A stretch of DNA of 64,000 bases from the human T2T-CHM13v2.0 reference genome, Homo sapiens. The stretch spans positions 38,208,001 to 38,272,000 of the forward strand of contig CP068257.2 of assembly GCA_009914755.4 (NCBI GenBank). Reading direction: 5' to 3'. Below the pieces are notes generated by a model that was not told where the DNA came from, made no database searches, and was given only the letters and a program-made list of their open reading frames with translations. The translations under genes and the position numbers were made by a program. This document shows, piece after piece, positions 48,437 through 64,000 of the stretch; the first letter of the stretch is position 1; the number at the start of each line of letters is the position of its first letter.

Positions 48437-51400
48437 TGCGTTATTTTTTAAAATTCTAATTTCTACTCTCAGTGTTTCATTAGAGATGTGATCGGGGGAA
48501 GGCATTCACAATTTGTCTATGGTCCTTCTGTTCTTAGACCACTGGACACATTGAACTATTTGGACGCACAGAGAATATCAGGACCTAAGCCTGGGGCTTT
48601 TCATTAATTTAAAATGACTTTCTAGAAAGGTCTTCATACTGGGAGAAAAGAAGAATTTTAGGGGATGCATGCATACAGGTTTATGTTATATTTAATGATA
48701 TTTTTATGAAACACAACATTAAATATCCTGCTGTTAAAGTATTATAGGCTGCATAGTATTGATTAGAAGCATCCCAGACTGTGAACTTCCCAAAAGGGAC
48801 AATTTTATGTCATTCACAAGTCTGACTGCTGGTTGGGCACTTGGTAAATGTCCAGTTACTGAATGAATAAATAAGTTTTGGGATGTGGATTTATCAGTTG
48901 CTGTAATCAATAGGCCAGGCACCCTCTTCTCTAAATGTTGAGGCTTGTGGTTGGGATACATTTGGGAAAGATGTATTCCATCTTTTGTTCTTTACTCCTG
49001 GTTTGAAACCTGTGTTTGCCATGTAAATCCTTTTATGTGGGAAATGGGTGCATTGTTATATACGCAACATAAGTGCTCTCATGACAGTAAAAGAAAATGA
49101 GAAAAAATAAGAAGGATCTCAACAGAAGGACCTCTTGACATTTGGGAAAATGTCAGGGAAAATATGGGAACGGAGCAAGGGACGTAGAATTCTAATATCC
49201 TATGTTTCCCTGTTGTCTCCATTGAGACTAGCTCACTTCAGATAAGCTCAATGAAACTCAAGCAAAAGAGACTGTAGCCAGAGAGGCAGAGCCTGTGAAT
49301 ACCTTGGAAAGTGGTTTGCTGTATTGAAACAGAAAACCAATTTGACTGTGATTAGAAGAGAATAAGAGAGAGTCTAAGCAGATCTGTAGTAATATAGCCC
49401 CAGTGCCCAATCTCCATCAGCCCAGTTGTAAACTCTGGCATATTGTTGAAGGTAAACATCTAGCACGCGGAAAGCAAGTTCCATATTATTGCAAGGAAAT
49501 AATTTAATTATCATCTAAAATTAATTCTTAATAGCATACTCATAATATTAATTAAAATAAATAATTGATATTTGAATATTTAAATATTTTAGTAAATTTA
49601 TATTTGAAATAGGAATATATGAAAATTTATATGCAAAAAGGGATGGATTCAAATTTCTTTTCTTGGGGAGTTCGAAACTGAATTGCACGTCCATATCCCC
49701 ATGTGATTAATCTGATAGGAGCTCTGCTTTCCTATCATCCCCAGGGATGAACTATTTACCATTCTTCTTCCCATTTTTCAAATGAGGTGCAATGTGAACA
49801 ATGAATACAGAAACGTTTTCCAGTCACCTGGCACAAGGGCCTTTGGGGTATAGATATGGGAATGTTCGATAATGGATTGTTTTGTGCCACAAACAAAGCA
49901 AGCTTGCCACAGTCATCAATGGCTCAAACCTATAAATGCCACATTCATGTTGGGGCCATTCTACATGAACAATTTAGCATAAGCCACACATTCCAGGCAT
50001 GGGTCTGCTTGTATATTGTTTATGCCTCACAAAGAGCTCTGAATTTATGCTTCAGAATCTCACTGAATTTACTGCTCATTCCATTTCTGGAAGGGAAACA
50101 CTTGGCCCATATTTATGACATTGCCAGTAGAAAAATCAATCACCCACTAAATGCCATTATTTTATATTTTACTCTTAACCTGCCATTTTATAAATGAAAG
50201 GAAGACAAATTAGACTCATAAAGCAGGAAGGTAATCATCCACAAATTGAACATTTAAGGGCAAGGAAGCAAAAGCTGTGAACTGTTCCAACCATTCAAAT
50301 AAGGCAATTTTCCTCACAAAGGAGCTAGAATAGAGAGCAGGGGAGTCCCTCTCTTCAAGGTTTCTGCCCTCCATTTTAGGACAGTCTTGGACTTGGATGA
50401 GACTAAAACGTCTCCAGCCATACACGAGTCAGACCTCTTCCTCGTAGTTCAAAAGACAACTTTTGAATGTTAAATATTATTTACGACGGTTTGATAGCAA
50501 AATGGGATCCAGATTGGCTTGAGATCACGCTATTCCTGGTATAACAATCCAAGTCTGTGGTATAGTGGCATGACAAAAGACACAGTCATCTGTTCCCGTA
50601 GCACCACATCTGTGCTTTGGTCAATAATCGAATGAAGTAATGGTTATTTTAATTTTATATGACCTCTGAGAAAAGGACTCCAGAAGTTAACAAGACCCAT
50701 TAACATGTGTCTTAATCAAATAAGAGTAAAAATATAACAAGGAAACACAGAAACACAAGAGGGAGAAATAATATAATTTCTTCCTTTTTTTTCAAGATCT
50801 TTTTTTTTTTTTTCTAAAAAACAATACAAGCATCTGTTCATCAGGTGGTTAAGTTCTAGTATTTTAAAAAAAAAGCTAGTTAAAAGGTTACACCTGCTTT
50901 AAAATTTATGATTCTTATGTACAGTAGCTCCCCCTTATCTTCAGATGCCCGGTGAATGGCTGAAAGTGTGGGTGGTACCGAATCCTACGCATGCTATGCT
51001 TTTTCCATCCGATAATACCTGAAAGTGCTGCTAAGTGGCTACGGGCAGGTAGTGTAGACAGTGTGGATACGCTGGGCAGATGAATGATTCATGTTCTTAG
51101 ACAGCAAGCGGTTTCATAACGCTACTCAGTAGAGTGTGCAATTTGCAACTTATGAATTGTTTATTTCTGGGATTTTCCATTGAATATTTTTGGACTGTGG
51201 TTAGCAGCAGGTAACTCAAACCTCAGAAAGTGAAACCAAGGAAGGTTAAGGGGGAACTACTGTGTGCAATTTCTTTATTAAATAATAGCCACTGTTTCGT
51301 TAGGAGTTGTTAGAGAAATATCACTTTTTTTTTTCTTGTACCCAGCAAAATGACTAATTGTATTTAGGGTTTTCTTTTTCAAATTGTAAATTTTCTCACA

Positions 51401-52294
51401 GTTTTTTTTTTTGTTATGCAGAGAAATCTCTGATGCAATGAATGGGTCAAATTTTGAGCTGAGTGTGGCTGTGTGACAGCATCCTGGGTGCTGGTCTCCT
51501 CATCTCTGAGGGGTGACAGCATACACACAGACACTGGTGCTGCCACAAGTCTGCCCATGTCCAAGACGGGCGATGGTGTGGAGCCTTCCTTTACAGATCA
51601 TAACTCTGCATCTTCCAGAGAGTTTTAGGTGGAAATAGCAACAAGCAAAACTTCAAACCATTATGCCATAGTGAGATCTTCTCCTTAAAACAATAAGGGT
51701 GACTTGACGTGATTTTATCCTCTTGCCTTCTATGACTTTCCACAATTGTGGTTGCTCTAACAACAACTGTCTGTTTTAGCATATCAATGTTTTGGGAACT
51801 ATCTTTTCAATCTTCCTGCAGATCCATAACAGAACTATGGAATAGTGTCCACAATGACTAAGGATATCAATACTCCCAAGTTTTTGATAGTGTACCTTAA
51901 TAGGGAAAAAATTTGACCATGTATACACAACAAATTTTTATTTATTTTACAATTATGTATACATGCGAATATGCCAATATAGTAAGAGTTAATCATTAAA
52001 GGAAGGGTAAGGAAATCTGTAATTCCAATAGACTTTTTGGTAACTGTACTTCTTTTTGAGTCTAATTTGATGGCTGAGGTTTTTAAGCTTGTATTGGTGC
52101 CCATGAAGACATCCTAAGAAAAGAAGGTTTAGTTAGTGCTTCTATCGTTTCCTTGGTGTTTGTGCTGATGGTGTTAGTATTATTTTCAGTCTATGATTTA
52201 ATGCAGAATTTTTCAATTAAATCTGAATATATATTTAATTGAAATATATATTAAATATATAGTAAATAATATATATATGATTTACTATTTTAAC

Positions 52295-52580
52295 CACTTT
52301 TAAGTGTACAGTTCAGCGGTATTAATTACATTTACACTGTCGTGAAACGGGTCCACAGAACTTGTTCATCTTTCAAAGCCAAGACTCTGCACCCATTCAA
52401 CAACCACTCTCCATTACCCCGCCCCTATCCTCTGGCAAACCCATTCTATTTCTTACCTCTATCAGTTTGACTACTTTTGGTACCTCCTGTGCATGGAATC
52501 ATACAGTATTTGTCTTTTTGTGACTGGCTTATTTTACTTAGCATAATGTCTTCAAGGTTCATCTATGTTGTGGCCTGTGA
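52295..52580 (-). mobile_element. Old L1 3'-end fragment (minus)
   Basis: 'taaccacttttaagtgtacagttcagcggtattaattacatttacactgtcgtg...cattctatttcttacctctatcagtttgactacttttggtacctcctgtgcatggaatcatacagtatttgtctttttgtgactggcttattttacttagcataatgtcttcaaggttcatc' parallels the L1 antisense 3' region seen at 10160-10460. Confidence 0.7.
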
Positions 52581-53548
52581 CTATATAGGACATTTTAAAA
52601 GCCACTTACCTACTGTGGGAAGATTAGTTTAGTTAAAGGTAGATTGTATAATCTGTAAATCCTCTTAATGGAACATAAGGAACTGCAAGGTATCACATGA
52701 TGATATTCTGAGAGCAAGTCAACAGGCAGTGTGTCTGGGACAATCTCCCATTGTGGGACTCCTACTCTTTCCTACCCACCAAGTGATGATGTCATTATCA
52801 ATCCAGATATTAGCTATGAATGAAACCTAATTTTTAAATTGATCTTAGATCCTACACAAATATAAATAGAAATTCTAAAGTCTTCTTTACCATGAGTGTT
52901 TGTGGCAGTGAAGCACCTTACAACCCCAGAGGTGCCGTTGACACTGTGGTCTGTGCCAACAGCACTGCCTGGAGTTGTGCTGTGAACAACCTATGCCACT
53001 GAACATGGTGGCTCTGCCCTTCCTTGAGTTGATGTCAGCCTGCTTAAGGACGGTTGACCTTGAGAAAGGCTGTCGTTTTTATAGTTCCACTTAGAATTCA
53101 GGGAATCAGAGAAGGGCATCGTTGTCATTTCATTCAAAGCGGTCATTTTAAAATAGGGGACTGAGTGTCCAACGATGAATCTTGTGCAGAATCACAGAGC
53201 TTCTTCAGAGAAAACCTAAGTTTCCTTTCCACATTTTCCATGCTATTACATTTCTCATTTTCTGGATACAACCCAATTTCTTTTAAACCTGTCCAAATTC
53301 CACTTAGGGTTTGCACAAGTAATTTATTAAATTAAAATTGTCCTGAATATTTTTATTAGCCTTGAGTAAAAAAAGAACAGCCACAGAAATCTTGACAAAG
53401 CCATTGTTTTGTTCATCAGGTCTTCCACTCTATTTCTAGGGATTCCAGCTTCCACCCTGACACCCCCAGCCTCCCATCCCGTCACACACAGAGAAGCTGA
53501 GAAATGTTAATAATGCTTCCCTGTGGAATGTTTCATTAAGACCCTTGT

Positions 53549-54131
<583 letters not shown>

Positions 54132-55109
54132 CTAGATTGTGACGAGAGAGAGAGAGAGATTATGTCTTCTTCTATACCGTTTCATCTTCCCAGCACTATA
54201 TCATTGAACTCCCATTGATGGAGAATCAATAAGACGTGGTCCTTACCCCTTAAAGAACTTGTAGGGGGAGACAGAATCACATAAAATTAACTCTACTCTG
54301 GTGTCCACGCAGAGCTACAGGCCTATTCTCTGTATAAAGCAAGTGCCAGGATGCATGGGTTAATTTGCCATTGCTCAGAGCTGGGAAGGAGAGGAAAGAA
54401 GATGCTAATGGGTAACCTTCCCAAAGCAGCCGGGGCTTACAGAAGTAGGGGCTCAGCACACATTGATTGAAGAATAGCACTACGATAGCACTCTGCGAAT
54501 CTTAAAAGTCATACAATTTAGAGCCATGTGAGAATTTAGCAATCTTCAAGCTCATTGTATAGATACATGTCCATTATGATACTGTAGTTAATTCTGAACT
54601 CCTGCCTGGTGATAAAAATTGCTTTAAACATGTTGGACATTTTCTCATCCACATCAATGAATATTTGGGCTCTAGGGACTTGTTGCATCTTTCTTTAAAA
54701 GTGAAAAGTCTTCTGTATATTGGAAAGAGATTACATGAGGACAGTCAATTACATTTTTGAAAGTGCACACATTGGTTGGTTGTAAAATTTACATGATCCA
54801 ATTGTGAGAACTGTGTACATGGATTTAGGTATGTCTGTTATTTCCCTTTGTGAGAGTATCTATCCGTGCTTGCTCATGGTAGAGTATCATTGCACTTTGT
54901 ATCTCAGAGCTTCTAGTGGCTTCTTAACCATTATATTATTGTCTTTTCTTTGAAGTTTGCTCAGGGGATGGGCTCAACCCTGTATTTATAACTCTGCTCT
55001 CACATATGCTTAAGTCTTGTCAAAATATCTAGATAATACAGTGCCACACCTCAAATATTTCTGGAAATGTTCTATACCTCAGAAATGTGGGATATTTTAC
55101 CTCTTCTTG

Positions 55110-55432
<323 letters not shown>

Positions 55433-56239
55433 CAAGAAAGTTTCTTAAAATAGATGTAGCAATTTGTCAAGCACCTCCACCAAATACCTCCTTCAAGTTC
55501 ATAGTTATTTTTCATCCAGGTTCCTTCTTTGCCGTCTTTAAAAATGATTCATTTCATTTCTCAGGCACTATTCTATGAATTTCCATGTCATCACTTTTTT
55601 GCTGAGTTCTTGCTAGGAGCCAGAATTGGCTGAAATTCCTATGAGAGTTCCCCCACAGTTGCATTTTGGATGAGGATTTCAAATTTCACATGACAAAATA
55701 TAAATGCCGCTAAATGTAACTCCAGAGGTACAAGCAGTGGCGTCGGAGGCCCCTTCTCTGGCTCCTTAATGCCCCCATTAGTATTACAACAAGGAAAAGA
55801 GACATGGGCTGAAGAGTCAGGCAGATACTGGCAGAAGTGAGTCCAGTTAAAAACACATCATGGTTCTGTAACCCGCCCTGCTGGCCCCCTCTGCCTTCAA
55901 CCTCTTTTGAGGTAACGTAGCTCAGAGTTCAGACATCCATAAAAGCCTGTGACAGGGAGTAGGGCAGGACCAGTGACATAATTTGTGGCCCCAATGAAAA
56001 ATCAATACGATGCCCCTTGTTAAACATTGATTAGAATTTGAAGATGGGGACAGCAACATATCAGACCAAGCCAGGGCCCTTCTGAGAGTGGTCCCCCTTG
56101 GACCGCATGGGTCACTCTCTCATGAGGCCAGTCCTGGGTCAAAATGAGAAGCATCCCAATTGCTTTTTAATGAACAAATTAAAAACAAAAGAGGCAGAGC
56201 TGAAGAAACATAATTCCATTATCTTTGCAATGTCTGGAG

Positions 56240-56350
56240 ATATCTATATCTATCTATATCTATATCTATATCTGTATCTATATCTATATCTATATCTATA
56301 TCTATATCTATATCTATATCTATATCTATATCTATATCTATCTATATCTA
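56240..56350. repeat. (TATATC)n / (TATC)n microsatellite, ~18 units
   Basis: 'gatatctatatctatctatatctatatctatatctgtatctatatctatatc...tatatctatctatatctattcc'. It generates the poly-(LY) ORF at 56098-56487. Confidence 0.9.
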
Positions 56351-56574
56351 TTCCCTGTCCAAGTGGAAGCTCTCAAAATGGCCCAAGCCTGACCATGGAG
56401 GTCAGTGGGTGGAGGGTCTTTCCCACAAATCCAAGGGAGCTTTCAAGTTGGTTTGGAGGAAGCCTCCCTAGCAGCATGCTTGAATAAGAAACTATTGTGT
56501 TCAAGCATCAGCTTGGCTGGTGCTGAGGACTCTTTTGATGATGAAGTAATAAAATGGATTCAAAATCACTTGGC

Positions 56575-56662
56575 ATATGCATGTGCATGTACATCTGTGT
56601 GTGCGTGTGTGTGAGTGTGTGTGTGTGCGTGCGTGTGAGTGTGTGTGTATACGTGTATATGT
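56575..56662. repeat. Imperfect (TG)n microsatellite
   Basis: 'gcatgtgcatgtacatctgtgtgtgcgtgtgtgtgagtgtgtgtgtgtgcgtgcgtgtgagtgtgtgtgtatacgtgtatatg'. Confidence 0.85.
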
Positions 56663-59600
56663 TTAAAGGCCATATAAATGCTAAACTCTGTGTGCAAATG
56701 TCCTCGAATTCTGATTCCAACTGTCTTTATCGAGTGCTGGTTGTTTATCCAGGTGAAAGCATCCGCTGGCCAGTTTTGTCCCACGTCTTTTTCTATCAAG
56801 TCTTTGGTCCTCACTTCTTCTTCCTGAGTATGTCCGGAGGGAACAGAATGCAGATGTACTAGGCTTTTCAATTAAAGAAACATTTTTGTATGCTGGGCTT
56901 TGGAAATAAAGAGGTCTACCTTAGTAATTCCGGGATCAATATGTGCAGATAGGAAGTAATTTGGTGGTGTGACCTTTGGCCATTTGTAAGTGCCTTGTCC
57001 CTGGAAAACAATGTTTAAATTGGAATTGGGTTTGTTTTCCAGCCAATTAAATCCTTCTGGATTTCAGAGGAATTTGAAACAAAATATGGAACAAATATCT
57101 ATTATGAAGGAGGCACAGCTGTTAGATGAGTTGGTTGTTGGTATTGGTGGTCGTGTGTGCATTTTATTTTTTTTTGTGGGAGAGTAGAATTTTCACTTCT
57201 GCGGGGAGCATCTGATCAAATGGCCCATATAACTTTTACCTGTCTGCTAATCTGAGTCTCAATCCACTTCTTGGGCTGTGACAGCTGATTTAGGACAAAA
57301 CATTCCTTTTCTTCCAAAAGTATACAATCTTGGGCTTCTACTGTTTTCTGAAGCTATTTTTGTTCTAGTTGAATGTTGGGGGGAGAAACCTGGCTATTTG
57401 TTTATTATTATACCAAAAAAGAAAGTCTCCAGCTTCTGAAGCTTGGGGCACTCACTGTTAGAGAAACATGTTTGGCAGCACACAGGGCCAAATAAACTAC
57501 ACACCTGCATTTCATTACAACAGGTCATTGCGGGAACAGTGGCATTAGCCTCCATAGGAAAAGGGTTTGCATGGGGGTCTAGGAAGCCAGTTAAACACAT
57601 GAAAAACACATTGAGACACCTGGACAGAGTGATTTATGAAGCAAGAACTGTTTTCATGGTGCCAGGGTCCTGTCCTCGCAGATGCATGAAACGTACATCT
57701 GCAGTTCTGACATCACAGCGGACACGGGACTCTGAGTGATGCATTACTGAGTTCCCTGACAATGTGAAATGCATTTGTCCCGTTTTTTCCTAAAATGGCC
57801 CACCTATTTTCAAATGCAGAGTCCTGTGCGATGTCATACATTTCCACAATGTTGCTTTAAAATAAGAGAGGGCAGGAAACGTGATTCCGACTCTGCACCC
57901 AGATGGACTGAGGCATAATATGTCTGCATCGTTGATGGCAGAAAGTGGGCGTCCAAGTCAGGTTTTCCGTCTTCCAAGCCAATCTTTCCCCTTCTAGACC
58001 GGAAAGATTAAATGGCAAGTAGAACACCAAGTCAATCTGCCCAGACTCAAATTCCATTCCCTGACCCCCTCACATAGCTGTAACATGCTTGGGCATAATC
58101 CTAAGCCTCTCTGTGTCTCAAGTTTTCTCTCCATCCAGTCGGGATAAAGGCAGTAGCCACCTTGTAGTAGGCTTGTTTCCATGAGAGTGTTTAGCTGCTC
58201 TTACTATGACTGAAAAAACATAGCTGCTTGCATTTGCAGACAGAGCCTTGTGACTTGGTGCAAAGAAAGGAAAACATCTTTGCCGAACTTGGAGGTCTCA
58301 TCTATTCACTCAGCTCTAAATATGGGCTTCTCTTGAATAACCGCAGGTTTGGCCTGTGTGCTTTCTTTCTCACGCCTTTTTGTTCACTTGATGAGGATGC
58401 CGAGTGCAGCGGTACATTACGCTTGGCTCAACCGTGGCAGAGCCAATGTGGCCATGGTGAGAGATCATTCAGGATGGATGACTGCTTAGGGACTGGCAGG
58501 GCAAGAGTCTCCCAGCTGTTGCGGCATTTCATCCTGTGGTCTTTGGTCATTCTTTGGCTTTTATCTGAGTACACCCGGCATGGCATTTTACCAGCTGTAC
58601 TGGGGAGGACTGGGGGAATGGAAAGCTGGCATTACTGCTGAAAGCAAAGAAAAGATGTGTCTTTCTCTGTGGCCGGTTTCTGTAATCCGGGAAGACCCCA
58701 TGTGGGTTTTCTGATCTCATGTCAGCTTCCCTAGTTGAAGTATAAAATTGCTAGAAGAACCACATCATCCTCGGAGGGACAGGCAGGCATCCTTAGTGTT
58801 CTTGAAATGATTACATCGTCAGTTTCATTTAGTTCTAGAAGACTGGCCCTGCCTGTTGGTTTTTCCCCTAATCGTCTGTGTAAGAAAGACTTACCCTTAA
58901 ATGGGTGAGTTACAGGCAGGGCTCAGTTTCTGTCATTACACTGATCTTTCATTGACAGTTTTCCACCCTCTGTTACTCTTGGCATCGGGCTGGTCAGCCA
59001 TAACTTCTAGGGATGGGGAGAGAAATCGAATCTCTTCTATTCTTCTCTGTACTGCTTCAATCTGGCAACTTCTACGTAGACTGTGAGAATATAACCTTGT
59101 AATAAACATTTGGGTCTCTTTGCCTTTGTCCGAGAGCCCACTGTTATTTTTTTTCTAATCACAGCAGCTGCTCTAGCTAGCATCTGGCTCATATACCAGC
59201 AGCCTTTATTCTGAGACTAATCTAAGGATTCAACACCAATTCAGGAAGGCAATCAAAGAAGTGGGTTGGATGGACAAGTATTTCTTTGTGTACAGTTCAG
59301 ATGCAGAAGGTGGTAGACACCTACATTGATGCATTGTCCTAGCATCCTACAGATCCATGGGGTTGCCAAGGGTGGCTTGGTGGGGTTGGGGGGTGCAGGT
59401 GAATTTGGCTGTAGCTGGCATAAATGGAGGTGCTTGCATGTTGATTCCTGGGCCCTTTGACCCAACCTCTGGTTTGGGGAGAGGCTGCTGATTAGAGCAG
59501 ATGCACACACCTTGTAACAGGGCCACTGAGTTCTCCCAGTCTTCCATCCACATTTCTTCTTTGTCATCAGCGTTCCCTCCTCCTGTATTTTCCCTTTCTA

Positions 59601-60099
59601 GAAAAAAATATGAGCTGTGATTTGTACAAAACACACAAAATGCATCCGTTGGAATCAGAGATCCAGGAAACTTCAGCTGAAATTAACAACTTCGTAACAC
59701 AGGTAGAGCCTACGTCCTTCATGAGAAAAATGACACAAATCTCAGTATTCTTTGTTTGGAGTCTCTTGACATCCATGTGAGGTACATATTTTCTGTATTC
59801 TATTTTATTTTAATTCACCATGAAAAAGAAACTGGTCAAATAAAGAAGCCAAGGCTTTGAGGAGCAGAATCATTTATTTGTGGTGATTCAGCCATATTTA
59901 CTCCCAGTGTTTCAACTGTGAGCTCAATGCACTGTTTTCATTACTTTTACTATATTGCAAGTTGAATACAATGAAAAAAAAAGGAGAAACATCTCTTCTT
60001 AAGCCTGTTTTACCATTATTTTGCTCTCTGATTTTTCTTAGAAACCAAATCCATGCAATGTGAGTGTTTTTATCTCATTTAGTTCTCACACATTAATGA

Positions 60100-60235
60100 G
60101 GTGGGTATATTGTTATTCTCATTTAATAAAAACAGACACTGAGGCTCAGAGAAGTTAAGTGACCTGAACTGGGCCACACAGCTGCTGGGGACCAGGGCTG
60201 GGATTACCTGGGTAGTTGGATTCCAGCACACTTAT
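60100..60235 (-). mobile_element. MIR SINE fragment (minus)
   Basis: 'tattgttattctcatttaataaaaacagacactgaggctcagagaagttaagtgacctgaactgggccacacagctgctggggaccagggctgggattac'. Confidence 0.5.
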
Positions 60236-60277
60236 TTTTGAGGTTAAGTTTATTAAGGTGTAATTTACATGTGGTAA

Positions 60278-60652
<375 letters not shown>

Positions 60653-60659
60653 TAGACTA

Positions 60660-60985
<326 letters not shown>

Positions 60986-61987
60986 TTCTATCACCTGAAA
61001 AGTTTATTTGTGTGCTTATAGTCAGTCCTTTCTTTCTACCCTTGGCCCTAGAGCCCACATTCTTCACCAGCACACCTTAAATAAAAATAAGCCCAATTAC
61101 GATGCAAGGTATTTACACCGTTTTGAGTATAGCATGATCATATCAGCTTTTAAGTCAATTAAATCTCATAGTGCGACAGTTTATAAATGTTACTTTATAA
61201 TGAATAGCTGAAGTATAGAAAAGTAACAAAATGACACCAGAGTGACCTATGTTCCTGGTCCTTGTAAATTATGCCAGGATCTCTGACTGCAGGGAGGGCA
61301 TTCAATGAATGGGAACGCTTTTGATTCTGAACAGCAGCCTTAGCCAGAGCCGTTAAATGGGTTTCTGTCCTGCTCCTTCTCAAACTGACACTGAGCAAGC
61401 GCCACCTGCTCCTGCTCCAGGGGGCTATTCAACCATGTAGTCCCAGGGGAGCCAGGGCTGTGGGAGGTGTTGGTTGCTAAGAAGCAACGAGCCTGAGGCC
61501 TAGCCGCGAGCCTGAGGCCCAGCGGAGCTCCCGGTTGCCCTCCCTCTGCTCTGACCACAGCTTGTCCCTCTGCCAGGCGCTGCCCTCACAAGGCAGCCGA
61601 GAAGGACATCAGGCTGGCGGCTGGGGAAACCTCTGGCTCGGGGCTGGAGAAACAGTTCTGGGCATGTGGTTGAGGGAGGACACATCTCTTCTTTCTAGCC
61701 CAGGGAGTGTCCTACCTCCATGTGGTTTGGGGTTCAGGAGAGAATTCAGCCCATGCCCGTGGAGTCACATCCCCCTGCAGAGGGCACACACCCAAGCTGC
61801 GCTGAAGGAGATGCCCTCCCCTGTGCCCTGGGCATCCCCCAAAGCCAGGCACCCTCTCCCTCCCCTGGGACAGGACGCCAGGACAGGCCCCAGAGCCTGG
61901 GAGCCAGACTTTGCCCGGCTTTCTTTCCTGAGCGTGCTTCTATCAGCTCCTGTGGATGAGTCTGTTCTTTCCTATGTTGCTGTCTGA

Positions 61988-62765
<778 letters not shown>

Positions 62766-64000
62766 AACAAGTGACAGGTATGAAATATGTAAGATTTGAA
62801 AAGTCAGAGGGAGCTCCAAATGAACTCAACAGTGTGGGCTGGACATTTCACTGTGAAATCTGTGAAATTAGAAGAGTCCACACAGAAGTCATTAAATAGC
62901 AACTGTTCCTTAAGTTGTAATGTATATCTTTATGAAATTATATATATGGCATGTGGTTGGTTTTATAAAAGAGAGACTATATATATGTCCACCTATAAGA
63001 AGATGAAAAGAAAATATTCTGAAGTATTAACATGGATTAACTCTGATTAGTTGAATTGTAGGTGGCTTTTTGCATTTTTCCTTGCTCATTTATGTTCCAA
63101 AAATTTCACAACGGCCATATCCTACTTTTGCAAATAGAAAACAGTGTTCTTCAGCATGAAAATTGGCACAAAGAAGAATTTTTTTAAAGTAGAAAATGCG
63201 AATTTTAAAAATATAGCTGTGAAAAAAAGTATAAAATTAATTCCAATAAAATAAATCGTGGATACCTGAAAATGATGGTACGTTTATAAATGGTTTGCCT
63301 AAACTGCAGTGATGCTAATTAATTCTCTTACCATAAAGGTCAGGATAAAAAAATGACAGGAATAGAACGTAGTATTTGAGGCAGAATTTCAGCCTTTGGG
63401 TCTTCCAGAGGTGAGAATGAAAGAAGAGAGGAGGAATTAGAAAGGTTAATGCCTTTGTCATTGAAAATCCCATCACTTTTTTTTAACCAACTTTTTTTTT
63501 TGTTTTTTGGTTTTTTTTTTTTTAAAAAACCTTCTAGCTGAAGTTTTCTTTTGACATGAATTTCTACACCTTTAGGGATTAAATTAATGCTCAATTTTTG
63601 GAATGTTATTAGGAGAATTATAGATGACAAAAATATCACTGGCGAGAAATTAAATCTTTTCTGTCTCTGTCACAAAATGTAGGCATAAAAGTCTCTTCTG
63701 CTCATCAGACAAATTCAGCAACTTTGATTTTGAAGTTGCCTTTGATGATAGGTCTTCAATGTTCCTGAGAATCCATTTGCTTAATGATCGAGGTGGCCTC
63801 AAGCAGTCTTCAGCTACGTGCTTACCTGCCCGGCTGTTGATGCCATTTCACTGTGCAATCCCTGTGCTTTGCTTCTCTGTTCATTCAAAGATGGATCATC
63901 TAAGAGCCTGATTAGCCTTCGTCAAAATAACATTACATATAATACCATAGTAACAGGCCTTTTTGTTTCTTTATAAACAGGGTGATTCAGAGAAAGCAGA

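Noticed and set aside
56098-56487. 129-aa ORF containing '[10 protein letters not shown]...'
   Set aside because: It is a translation of the (TATATC)n microsatellite, not a protein.

Overview
This 64 kb window reads as primate (human-like) nuclear DNA, not a prokaryotic or viral locus. It carries about 15 Alu SINEs, several with intact target-site duplications. There are L1 LINEs with recognisable ORF2 remnants (reverse transcriptase, FADD motif) on the minus strand. There are L2/MIR fragments and six MaLR LTR elements: five MLT1-type solo LTRs and one full-length THE1/MST-type element with both LTRs. Simple repeats are common: (GT)n, (TATATC)n, (GA)n and a 61-bp minisatellite. At least ~30% of the window is confidently repeat-derived. 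Every long ORF in the six-frame track is repeat-derived (Alu antisense, L1 ORF2 debris) or low-complexity. I see no operon-like gene array, no ribosome-binding-site context, no CRISPR array and no tRNA or rRNA. So I do not support an undescribed multi-gene 'system' here. The accessory content is transposable elements. The most gene-like signals are three. First, a CpG-enriched ~1.4 kb block (42.3-43.7 kb) ending in an inverted CCAAT box, a TATA-like element and an ATG-AGT-GAG|GTGAGT start-codon plus splice-donor arrangement, which is a candidate promoter and first exon on the plus strand. Second, a candidate minus-strand terminal exon with a textbook polypyrimidine-CAG acceptor at ~40.85 kb. 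Third, a CpG-retaining block dense in transcription-factor motifs at ~46.9-47.1 kb. Other points worth a second look are an inverted Alu pair with a 37-bp spacer, nested insertions (Alu in L2, MLT1 in L1, THE1-type in a putative older MaLR interior), a 4.6-kb L1PA with a perfect 16-bp TSD, and an Alu whose A-rich linker has expanded into a short tandem array. No alignment or database search was possible. Family calls rest on remembered consensus sequences, and subfamily and age are not resolved.
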